The position numbers were made by a program, and so were the translations under genes. From positions 26,523,175 to 26,587,174 of the forward strand of contig NC_092677.1 in the NCBI RefSeq assembly GCF_964355755.1: 64,000 bases of DNA, written 5' to 3'. Origin of the DNA: Antedon mediterranea (lineage: Eukaryota; Animalia; Echinodermata). The notes beneath the pieces are model-generated. The model searched no databases. It worked only from the letters and a program-made list of their open reading frames with translations, and was not told the origin of the DNA. Position 1 is the first letter of the stretch; every line of letters begins with the position of its first letter. This document shows positions 27,080-42,799 of this stretch, piece after piece.

Positions 27080-27169
27080 CTTTTTCTGTAAACTGACCGA
27101 GAAACTCAACTAAAAAGTTAAAACTAAGAACACTATTAGAAGGCAGCAATTTATGTTTTGGTGAAAGTA

Positions 27170-27645
27170 CGTTCTCCGGACTGTCGTGTACTATTAATGC
27201 TAGCTAACAGCAACATAAAAAGTAACAACAGCTTAGAAAAACGTAATCTTTTCCTGAAGATTACTCTATTGTATTGATTGTATTGAACACAAATCCTCCT
27301 ACTTCCGCGTTCCAGTTTTGACCTTTGACCGTATCAGAGCATTTAAATCTATCCAGACGGTTCCATTCTAGATAGGAGAATAATATACTAAATAAGCCAA
27401 TTGTGGATAACTAATGGATTAGTAAAACTAATTATATCTGATAGGATAAATACAAAATTATATGTACTTATAAAATAAATATAATGTTGACTGTTTTTTT
27501 TTGTGTATAATGTATAGGCAAATGTGTTTGTTTCATGAGTCTTTATATTATGCATTGGACTAGTCTAAAAAGCACGTGACCGACTCGCGCGAACTTTGGG
27601 ATAACAAAACACAAGTTGACGAGAGTATAGGAAGTGTTGCACAAA
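27170..27645. promoter_or_regulatory. Bidirectional CYBA/CDT1 promoter with an E-box (CACGTG at about 27573) and an E2F-like site (TCGCGCGAA at about 27585)
   Basis: Divergent ATGs at 27079 and 27646. The motifs lie just upstream of CDT1, which is an established E2F target in animals. Confidence 0.55.
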
Positions 27646-30600
27646 ATGGCTCAATCTAAAGTCACGTTTTACTATGGATCACGAAAGAGATCCGTCGATA
27701 TCCAACCATCAAAACGTAGAAAGGTTATCCAGTCCAATACTATATCTGAGAATTCGCCAGTATTTGATGAGGACGTAATAAGTAAACCGGTGTTTACGTT
27801 CGAAAACAAAAAGTCAGCCACACTTCAGTTTGAGGCCGGAGAAAGCAAATCAACCGTGGCAGTAGAACCAGCTGCGACGGGGGTCTCCACCCGGTCAAGA
27901 CGGTCTACAAGAAAGAAGTCATCAACATCAACAAGTCGTCAACAAACAAGAAGGAAGAAAGGAGAAAACACCAAAAATGCTTCAATAAAAGATTTTATGT
28001 CTGTCGTAACCGATTTAAAATCATCTAGCGATATTGAACTCAGATTATCGGATTCTGGTTCCGATGCTTCCGGTCCAACATTTGAAATAACCGAAGCCAA
28101 AGATGATCACGGTGTTCCTCGTACACCTCCCACTACACCGACTAAAAGAGGGAAAAGGTTAACGGCGCCAGTTGCTAATAAGAGAAGCAAGACGAATTCG
28201 AAAGAAGTAACAACCGTGATTGAGAAAGAAGACTCGGCCGAAGATGTCCAATCAAGAACGTATCGTATTGCGGGAAGGAAATCGGCAAAGAAATGTTTGG
28301 ATGGAGCTCTTGCAAAATTCTCACTTGAGAGCCAGTCTTCTGAATTGCAGAAGGTACAGTAAAAAACGTACACGTATCTTCTTCACAGTCATCATTGGTC
28401 CATGATAATTGCAGTACCTTCCAGCTACCCCAATTTCATACTGGATTTTTTTAAACAAAATGTACTTGTGTCAATTGTATGACACACTATACCACCACAG
28501 GAGAGGTGCGTCATTTGCCTTATGAATACGACGCAGCACCCCTGCGCCAAACAAGTGACTTACCATTAGGTGACCATGACGCACCCATTTTAACACATTG
28601 TGACCATGTTGTTCATGATATGGTGGGTGGTACAGCGTGACAAACATTGCATCATGCAATTGACAAGTGCATTAAACCGCATTCATTTTTTTATTTTATT
28701 TTTTATTTTTATTTTATTCAATTAAAACCAACAGCGATAAATACCGCCACTAACAGGTTTAAAACATAAAACAATACAACACCAAAAACGGTTAACAATA
28801 AAATACAGATAAAATATATAAATATATATATAAAACATAGATTGGCATGCCATAAAAAATTTCAATTAAAACAGGTTATGCAGACTGTTCAAGAAGTGAA
28901 CACATCATCGTCCTCTTAAAATAACCAAGTCTATCATTAAAAATATCGATATGATTGCTATTTAGATTATTAAATGTATAAGGTAGTCTATGAAAAAGTC
29001 CCCTCTTAGTACAGTCGACACGGCTAAAATTTGCAACAATATGTCAAAGTTCCTTTAATCTCCAGTACTGCATCATGTTAACCATCCCTCTTAGTTCTAT
29101 TTGAACAAATAAACCCTTTTTTAAGTTTAAAATTTTAATGTACAGTATTTGTATTCTATTACATGTTTTTAGTCTGGGGATGTACAGACTCCACTTTCTA
29201 CCAACTCCAAATCATTGCGGATGAAGACACCAATGAAAGACAAAGTTGAAGATATGATCAAGAAAATTGCTGTAACGAAGAAGGCAACTGTTGTTAAAAG
29301 TGATACAAAGGTATAATTTCATTCTGTCACGGACGTTTAATTCTACCGTAAACCATATTAAAAAATTCAAAATAAAAAAAATGTTCTTTTCTAAAGGCTA
29401 CCAATAAATCATCAACCGAAGTTATGCGTGAAAAACTTGCGCAATGTGGGAAGTTGGAGGAGCTGCAGAAAAGGTTAGCAGCAGTGAGACAAGAAACGCA
29501 GAAAATGAAAGAGAAAGATGCTGAAAAAACGCAAAAGAAGCAAGCGCCAAAGAAAGCTGCTGAAACAAAAACGTAATTGTCTGGTTGTTTCTATTAATTT
29601 ACAGTTAACTCTCCCAATACCTTTGGGCTGGCCTAATATATCTGGTTTTCTGGAAAGTTTGATATTTGGAATGTGTTTCTAATGGTGAATTTGGGACCTC
29701 AAGAAAAGTCTGATTTTGGAAGAGTTTCCGGTTTTCAGATAGTCTGGTATTGAGAGAGTCGACTATATTTAAAGAGTGCATTACATATTAAATGTAGATG
29801 AATCCATAATGACAAAACTCTTTAAAACCATATAATTACATTATGTTTAATGTTCTCCACAGGATGCCAGCATTTGAGAAGTATCATTCTCTTGCAACGA
29901 CGCCGCCTCCAGCTACTCTTGCTCTGCCATATCGCTACAAACTGCTGCAAGAGATGTTCCGCAGTATGGACACAATCGTTAGTATGTTGCATAACCGATC
30001 GGAGCAGTGCACATTCAAGAAGTTAAAGGAAGCAGTACAAGAAATGTGCCGCAAGTATGTACAGTAGAACCTGTGTTTTACGTACCCTGATTTTACGTTC
30101 CCTCGATTTTACGTACGCTTAAAATAACCGATGACGTCATCATTTTCTTATATTGAGGGCGCAATTTAACAACAACAAAGCACATACACAAAGCCACAAT
30201 CATGGCTGTGTGAGGAATTCTGCTGTGTGTGGGACAAGCTACGCACGCGCATTCCCCTAAAGCAGCGACTGTTTTTATTGATAGAAAACAATTATATTTT
30301 ACACTTTATTTAAACATCGCACAGCCTGTATATACTGTACTTTGCTAGTTAGGCCTCACATCTTGCTAGGCCTGCTAGCCTAGCCTTAATAGCCTAGGCC
30401 TAGCTAGCTAGTGACCACCTCAGCCAGCCTGCATACTGTACAGAAGAAGTAGGCAAATACGGCTAGCTACAATCTCTACGTATTTGGGGTCAATTTAAGG
30501 TCAACCTTGATTTTACGAATCCCTTGTTTTACGTACGCCTTTCGGTCCCGTACCGTACGTAAAATGGAGGTTCTACTGTACCTTTTTTGAATATATAGCA

Positions 30601-33600
30601 AGATGCTGTTAGGCTTTAACCATTGTTTTTAATAAGTTAAAACCTATTGAAATGTTGTAAAGTTATTTTTGTTTCCCAATTTCTGTAATAGAACATTCCA
30701 GTTGCAACACATTGGAAAGATCAAGAAGGTGTATTCTTCAGCGTATAACTTTAGTCAGCGTAAAAACTCGCTCCAGCAACAACGGGATAAGAATAAGGGA
30801 GATGGTGACTATCAGCTTCATGTTGATCCTAATGTTACCTTGCAAGAAAGTGGTACGTTCCATTTATTTTGAATGAGTATTGCACCATCTAATATCACTA
30901 AAGCGTGGTTCCCACTAGCGACGCAACGCAAGGACGTAACGCAGCGCAAGTGAATTGACCAATCACAAGTGATGGCTTATTCGCTTGTGATTGCTAACTG
31001 TCTATAACTTTGCTTGTCATTGGTTAAAAGGCTTGCGTTGCGTTTACGTCCTTGCGTTACGTTCTAATGGGAACCACGCTTAAAAAACAATTTGCGAGTT
31101 AGAGATCAAAATCACATTGTTTGTATAAATATGCACATAGTGTAACGATCTGCTTTCTATTTAAGGTGGAACCGTGACCAAATCTGGACAGCCGCGTTTT
31201 ATAGCTTCAGCGTTGATCGAACGAAGAAATGTTTTTCACAACAACTTGGTCAATATTGTCAAAGAACATCATAGGGTGAGTGTGAAAGGTTATACTATTC
31301 AGAATTATAAAGCTCTCTCTACATTATCAAACTAGCTTGACAAAAAAGTGTGATGTGTTCAAATATGGTAGTGATATGCCCAATATGGTAGTGATATGAC
31401 ATCATCATGTCCATATATGAGAACATTACTTTTTTGTCATGTAAAGTTTGTAGACAGGGCTTAAGTTATAATATGAGTAAATGTAGATAAAGAATGTCAA
31501 AGGAAGAAAAACAATGAATTTGCCTAGAATTGTGTTCATTTTTATTCTTCAGTGTTCCAACTAATTGAATATTGTTTTTTCTTTCACTTTAGGCGTTTCT
31601 CTCGAAGCTTCCGCAACCAATAACTGTTCCTGATAAGCAGCTCAAGAGATGGCATCCCAAGTTTCCTCTGGATCAAGTTCCTGACATTGAACCAGAAGAT
31701 CTTCCCCAGCCACCAAATGTTCTCAAGTATCATTCAGCCAAAGATGTTCTTGACAAAGCTAAAGATATGATGTCTCCACGTGTCGCCAGAGCTTTACATC
31801 TTGTGGCAGAGAACTCGGACAAAATCAAGAATGATATCAACAAACAAAAGGGGAGTGATAAGCCGTCAACATCAAAAAGCACAGATGTAAAAGGAGTCTC
31901 TAAATCGCTATTAGATAGGGTAAAGTTGCCAGGACATATGTCCAGTGTTTGATTTAGTACAGGTCCTCTGGCCAGTTGCCATGAAAAAAATAACATGCCT
32001 GTATCTAATACAGAAAGGATGATTGACCAGCAAGTCTGTTGATCCCCTTTTTCACACCGATTAATAATTTAATTCCAATTTAATTGGACAATTTTTATTC
32101 TTTGGTCAAGGTGAAAAGGTTACTTAAATTTAATGATCCTTTCTGGCATTACAAAGCTTAGTAAATTTTATACAGAAAAACATGGATTATATTAGTGTAT
32201 TAATAATAAATATATGTTTGTAGATACGAGCGAAAGAAGCCAAAAAGATCGAGCAACTACTTCTAAGGGATCCGAAGGAAGACAAGAGATTATCAATGCT
32301 GGAAAGACTACCTGAAATGTGTGCTATCATCAGAAAGTATCCTTTTAAATAATTACAATATGTATTGTTCTTAAACGTATTAGAGTTAAGGTGCTATTTG
32401 CCATTGTCGTCAGATCGTTGTGTTGCACGTGGGTTGTATATGCATATTTTCTGATTTCAGGAGTAGCATTGATATTTTATTTATATGACTGCGTCTTTTA
32501 TTGTTTTTTTGTACAGATTGAAAAATATGCATCTCCCGTGTACATGTGGTGTATGTGGAAATAAAAAGAACAATTGAATTGAACTCTTATTGTTTGCATT
32601 TCCCGTAAGTTTATCCTCTTACAGGACGGCCCGCAGACTAACACACATTTATTCAAATTATGTTTGTTTCTTTAACCATAATTTCAGTTTCTTTCTATCT
32701 GAGAAGAAAGCAGCTTTACTTGTAGATTCTGCTATCAGTACATTGAGGGAAAGCAGCAGATCAAGCCTTTCACAAGGTAGTAACCCTAGTCACTGTTGGT
32801 GTGGGCCAACAATGGGAAACTTTCAGATTTGAATACAGTAAAATAGACCTTTATTCAGGGGAGAGTTGCGCCCCTTTAAAAGGTTCTCCTTAAGAGGGGT
32901 TCTAACACTAATCATTAAAGGGACACTTGGGTTTGAAGGTGTCCCCTTAATAGGGGTTCTAACACTAAACATTAAAGGGACATTTAGGTTCTGGAGGTGT
33001 CTCCTTAATAGGGGTTCTAACACTAAACATTAAAGGGACACTTGGGTTTGAAGGTGTCCCCTTAATAGGGGTTCTAACACTCATCATTAAAGGGACACTT
33101 AGGTTCTGAAGGTGTCTCCTTAATAGGGGTTCTAACACTCATCATTAAAGGGACACTTAGGTTCTGGAGGTGTCTCCTTAATAGGGGTTCTAACACTAAT
33201 CATTAAAGGGACACTTAGGTGCTGAAGGTGTCTCCTTAATAGGGGTTCTAACACTATTCATTAAAGGGACACTTAGGTTCTGAAGGTGTCTCCTTAATAG
33301 GGGTTCTAACACTATTCATTAAAGGGACACTTAGGTTCTGAAGGTGTCTCCTTAATAGGGGTTCTAACACTATTCATTAAAGGGACACTTAGGTTCTGAA
33401 GGTGTCTCCTTAATAGGGGTTCTAACACTAAACATTAAAGGGACACTTAGGTGCTGAAGGTGTCTCCTTAATAGGGGTTCTAACACTAATCATTAAAGGG
33501 ACACTTAGGTTCTGAAGGTGTCTCCTTAATAGGGGTTCTAACACTAAACATTAAAGGGACATTTAGGTTCTGAAGGTGTCTCCTTAATAGGGATTCTAAC

Positions 33601-34279
33601 ACTAATCATTAAAGGGACACTTAGGTTCTGAAGGTGTCTCCTTAATAGGGGTTCTAACACTAAACATTAAAGGGACATTTAGGTTCTGAAGGTGTCTCCT
33701 TAATAGGGGTTCTAACACTAATCATTAAAGGGACAATTGGGTTCTGAAGGTGTCTCCTTAATAGGGGTTCTAACACCAATCATAAAAAGTACATTTAGGT
33801 TCTGGAATACGAGTTCTATAGTAAAGTTCATAGCAAGGTTATCTTGGCATTAAGTACACACTTAAAATTTACCACAAAATATTGACCCAGATTTAACATC
33901 AATCTAAATAATGTTAACATGTGGGTATGGTTACATGTATAATTGATGCTGGCCAAGTGCCACATAATATGCAATTTCCTTGTAATAATTTACATTAATA
34001 ATTACAGTACAGTACTGGCCAAATGCCATGTGATGTACCAGTAACTCAAACTGCCCGTCTTTTTTGGCCAACCTCTACCATTAAACAAATTCAAATAAAT
34101 ATTTTTTTTGTTTTCTTTTAGTGGATGCGGAAGAACATATAAACTTGCTAATGGAGGTTTTACCAGAGTGGATAAAAGTTGTCAATTTACGCAACGAGAA
34201 ATACCTTAAAATTGACAAGAAGAAAGAACTGAAGCAAGTTAACGCAAAACTGACGCAGCTGATCAACGAAAGCCGATAG
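27646..34279 (+). CDS. CDT1: DNA replication licensing factor Cdt1, 10 exons: 27646-28353, 29173-29310, 29397-29572, 29863-30054, 30692-30852, 31166-31275, 31593-31919, 32224-32336, 32688-32776, 34122-34279
   Basis: N-terminal PIP-degron-like MAQSKVTFYYGSRKR; LALPYRYKLLQEMFRSMDTIVSMLHNRSE; RWHPKFPLDQVPDIEPEDLPQPP; KGVSKSLLDRIRAKEA; LERLPE; C-terminal winged-helix segment EEHINLLMEVLPEWI...YLKIDK. Confidence 0.95.
28690..29030 (-). mobile_element. LINE 3' end fragment in CDT1 intron 1; a related tail lies at about 36640-36700
   Basis: Minus-strand remnant RGLFHRLPYTFNNLNSNHIDIFNDRLGYFK, followed by a UTR and an A-rich tail. The segment CAACAGCGATAA..ACCGCCACTAA.AGGTTT is shared with 36665-36696. 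Confidence 0.5.
30062..30578. mobile_element. pogo/Tigger-like MITE inserted 7 nt downstream of a CDT1 donor site
   Basis: TA|CAGTAGAACC..TTTTACGTAC ... GTACGTAAAA..GGTTCTACTG|TA inverted termini with TA duplication. Other CAGT-type elements lie at about 29602-29763 and 35312. Confidence 0.8.
30902..31080. mobile_element. Harbinger-like MITE family B copy in CDT1 intron 5
   Basis: TAA|AGCGTGGTTCCCAC...GGGAACCACGCT|TAA; the interior is nearly identical to 13521-13699. Confidence 0.85.
32337..32687 (+). other. U12-type GT-AG intron in CDT1
   Basis: 5' splice site GTATCCTTTT and branch TTCTTTAAC ending about 10 nt before the AG; splicing gives IIRN/FFLSEKKAAL in frame. Confidence 0.85.
32890..33805. 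repeat. 58-bp minisatellite, about 15 copies, in the last CDT1 intron; derived from a pogo-like MITE end
   Basis: Unit TAATAGGGGTTCTAACACTAATCATTAAAGGGACACTTAGGTTCTGAAGGTGTCTCCT. Similar single motifs occur at about 24770-24900, 51230-51265 and 57720-57800. Confidence 0.9.
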
Positions 34280-35497
34280 CAAGTTTCATCATTGTATACA
34301 ATATGTGATAGTTCCAGAAAGCGTTAGACACTTTGATGTGCAACTGGTTGTTGTTCTTTTACATTTACATACGCAAATCAACAAGTGTTATTTAAATTAA
34401 CATATAATTCAACTAATTGCATTCTTCTGAATGTCATAATACAGTACTTCTTGTTTTTAGTATTTTTATAAACTAATGTTTGATGTTGTAAGATTTATAA
34501 ATAACTAATTTTAAAAATTGTAATATTAGTATTTTTGTATTTGTCCAGTCTTGCGCAATAAGTGTTTTTGTAATATTAATTAGTTTTGAATGTCAGATTT
34601 GGTTGCCTGATATGTATAAATCATAAAATAACTTTAAATCATTTTATTGATGATTTGAAACTGATATTTTCATTGCCAGTTCCAAATATTGAATTGTTCT
34701 ATATATTTAACACTGTTTTCTGTTTACTTTCAATTGCATGTTATTTTACAGTCATTTCTAATGCATGCATATTTATAATGTTTGAAAATGTTCTTATTTT
34801 GATAATGAATCATTGTTCTGTGTACAATTTCTCTGTCACATGATCAATAAAAACTTGAAATACAAATTGTTTTATGTATCTTTTATTTCTTAAAGAAATA
34901 TAATCTAATTTAACATTAGAAAATCGCCACACATTTTACATATATGAAGAAGATAACACTGTAGTCAGTCTGTTGCAGTACTTGAGAAATTCATGTGCTG
35001 TCACGATAACGTATCTGTTTTAGAACATTGAAGCTCTGTCTACACTATCAAACTTTATGTGCACATATAAGGACATGACATCATATCAATACCATATATA
35101 GGCACATCACTTTTTTTTTTGTCAAACTAGTTTTATAGTGTAGACAGGTGTGAATGGTGAATACGTCTGCTGGCACCAGATAATCGAACCTTCTATTGCA
35201 CCACTGGTTAACAATTTAATTTTTCAGAGTAGCATGATTTAAGTGCATGTACCAGACAGAGGACCATTAACAAATTGGGTTATTCAAAACACACATATTG
35301 AACTGAATATACAGTCAACTCCCACAATATCAGACACCTTTGAACTGACCTAATATGTCTGGAAAGTCTGGTATTTTCAATAGTAAAAATTAATTTGGGA
35401 CCTTTGGACCTCAATAAATGTCCGGTATTGGGAGAGTCATCCTTGACAGATTTTGAAATTAATACTGCTTGATTGACAGCACATCGAGTTGGAATGT

Positions 35498-39588
<4,091 letters not shown>

Positions 39589-41062
39589 ATGGATTTTGAA
39601 GGGAACACATGTACTACGAATTATCACTATAAAGCTTGCAACATTTATGCATCAATATCGCCTTCTTTATCAAGATATTTTGTGTAAATATTGAGGTTAA
39701 AGTACATTTTAGACAGCTAGAGTAGTAGTAGTAGGCTAGCCTATTTATCTATAATCTACCAATAACCTAGTCCAGGCAGGGTAGGGAGTTTCCCCCTGGC
39801 TGGCCTAAGCCATATGGATGGTAGTATATGTACCAGCAGGGAGATTTCCCTGTCATCCTCCTCGAAGTACGGTAGTAATCTAGAGAGCGCAATAGCAGTA
39901 TCACAATTAATTTTTTTTACATGATTTAATTGTGATGACACTTTTTAGTATTAATATTTTTAATTTTTACAGTTCCAAAATTAACGATTCCTTATTCAAG
40001 AATGAAGTTCACAGTAAAACAAAAGAAAGTAAGCATTTACATATATTTTTAAAAAGTCAATATTTATGCAAATGGGGTGATCATTAATTTACATTTAATT
40101 TAAGGTTGCCATCTGGATAGAGCAAATTCCTCCAATGACATATATGTCTTTGATCATAGAGATATTATAGTGAAAAAAACGTTCTTCACATGGCAACAAA
40201 CCAATTATTGCTTCCAGTACCCATCTTGAATTTGTTCTGATTTTTCATTTATTTATCATAAAGTTATTTTGTTTGATTTTTGTTTTCAGCCTTTGCGAGC
40301 AAGTTGACAGGACACTACTGCCCCCAATGTGGCACACGTCTGTCAGATGGCACAAAAGACAGTTCTGTTCGAATCAAACCAAGAAAACCGCCAAACAAAA
40401 AAACAGTTAAAATAATTAAAGGATGCAATTTGTACAACAACTGGAATAAACTAAGTTCCAAAGCAAGAAAAGATGTCTTGCGATATGAACGGAGGACAAA
40501 CAAATTGGTAATTGAGTCTACTACAATTTGTAGAAAGCTATTTTGTCTGCTCCACCAATCAATTTTTTTTCAAGACATTACATTTAATAATTCTGTTTTG
40601 TTTCTTTCAAGATCATAGACTGTGTTATTTGTGGGCAGAGGAGCAGAACAGATTGTATTAAGCGCAAACAGCCACCATCAAACAAATCGCTTCTAGCAAC
40701 TCCTGTTGCATCTGTCCGCACACTGTTACAGACCGCGAGTCCAATCGGCCATAAAAACCGGTAATTTCTGTTTTATAATATATTACTCTATTCAGCATGG
40801 GTTATAAAGAGGATCATTTTGTTGGCCGTATAGTAGTGTTATATTATTAAAAAAATAAACTTTATTTTATGTAAAAATGGTTTTTTCTTTCTGTTTCAGA
40901 ACTCCAAATTCACAGAGTGTGGTAACACCAAGTTCATCATCTAAGAAACGATCGTTAAAACATAAAAGACATTCATCGTTACAAATGATGCTGGATCAGA
41001 ATCAAGAAGATAAAAGGCGATCACAGCAATCGCCCTTACATGGATTCTTGCAGTCTTTATGA
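39589..41062 (+). CDS. C18orf21: C18orf21/RMP24-like protein (Rpp21/Snm1-type Zn-binding, RNase MRP-associated), 5 exons: 39589-39683, 39973-40028, 40290-40507, 40612-40760, 40900-41062
   Basis: SPSLSRYF, CPQC...SSVRIKP, IDCVICG and RTPNSQSV...HSSLQMMLDQ...LHGFLQSL* parallel recalled human C18orf21 segments (ARYL, CPYC..SRVRLKP, ITCKTC, RTPTSGQSV..FSQLKMLL..FRNFLSSL). Confidence 0.78.
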
Positions 41063-42799
41063 ATATTAACAGAAAAAGACTTTTAACTTTTAAAAAACAA
41101 TTACACATTAATTATTACCAGAAAGCAGCAAAGATTGCACATAAGGCATAAGTCAGCTATCAATAGTTATTCTACTTTAAATTCACCAGATTAAACAAAA
41201 GAAAAATATTGGAATGGAACAATAGTCTATGATGAGAAGTGAATGTAAAGGTAAACAAGAAATATTTTTTACAAAAAACGCTGCTCGCTTATTGAAAAAT
41301 ATTTTTTATTTCAAATTTGTTTTTGAATGTGTCATTCTATTGTCACATAATAGTTATTTTACTTGAAAAAATGTAATTTAAAGCAACAAATACTTAAATT
41401 GTCTGACAATGGTTTTTTGGGTTTCTTTTCTTTTTTTATATGTGAATAAATATTTTTTTGTTACAGAAGTGAATACTCAATTTCTGTCACTTTAGTTAAT
41501 TTTATTGCTAAGGTCAAGTCTGGGGGTCACTTCATCACCCTAGATATTTCAAGTGTGAAGTATCCTATTACAAACACAAACTTTAATGGACTGTTTTGAT
41601 AATAATTCAATGAATATCTGACAGTGAATTACAGTCAAAGTCAGTATTATAGTCAAATGGGATAAATACCAGAAATGCTTTAGGATTTGTAATTTTAGCA
41701 CGACATGTCCTAATAGATTCTTTTCCGGGTTCTTTTCCCAGACGTTTTTTGGGTCTAGCAGCTGAAATCTATAAATTATACTTTATAGTGGAGTTTCCAT
41801 TTTCGCAAAACTGTCGTCCTTAGATACCATTACTGCTGCTTGCTTTAGCTTCTGATTGAGTAGTCACAATGGGACGAGCAGCAGCGTGAAAAAATGTATT
41901 AAATTTGTAAAATAATTTCAGTGATCTTAAAAAAACTGTGTTTGTCGCCCTCTATTATAATTGCTTGACAGACGATTAGCCAATAAACGCACTCTGTTTA
42001 GCGTCTGTTTGTTGTGTGGAGTTTTGTTGTTTTTTGTGTGCAAAATAAGAAAGAGGGCTCACATTTGTTGGAAACGGACGCTTTTAGAAGAATAAATTCT
42101 CATTTTTTAATAAGGGATGTATTAGAAAGTAAGCTTAAACGTTATATTTTTCATTTAGGTAGGACATATTCTAAGTGCGCGCTTGCCAGTACTTACTTGA
42201 TACTTGTAGGCTAGCCTGTTGTGTCTACTACTTCCTACTAGCCTACTACTAGGCTAGGCTAGGTAGGCCTAGGCTAGTAGTAGGCCTAGCTGGTGGTGAC
42301 CCCTAAACCGCTCCCTCCCGGCTGCATGCAGTGGAGGTGGTGGTACCTAGTCCTCTTCCCCTAGTGAAGCTTAAGTAGCTAGTTACCAAGATAAGCTCCT
42401 CAGGTTTACAATAATAATTCTATTAAAAGTCTTATTTATAGAGAAAGAAATGTGTAGGTCTCTGATTACTTTTTTTTTAATCGGCTTCCTTTTGACTTTA
42501 TAATTATAAATGTAATATCTCTTTGATTACTGTACAGTGTAGCCTATTTAATTTGACATCACTCAGAGTCACTCAGTCTCAGCAGAGAGTCTGCAGATAG
42601 AACGTGGCACATAATAAACAAACAGTTTGTAATGCTGGAAGACTATGCACAGTGAGTGTGCAAGTAAAGGAAATAGCAATTTTAATTGCTATACAGTAAT
42701 AATACAATTACATTTTTACTGTACAATAATTCTTGACTTATAATTAAGTTATGAATTATGCGGTTTACTGTAGGAAGTGACTAATCGGTAGTCCTAACA

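Noticed and set aside
26690-27091. 133-aa plus-strand ORF and similar antisense ORFs (28107..28373, 31730..31996, 14550..14792, 19952..20134)
   Set aside because: They are shadows of real exons on the opposite strand, with no independent splice or homology support.
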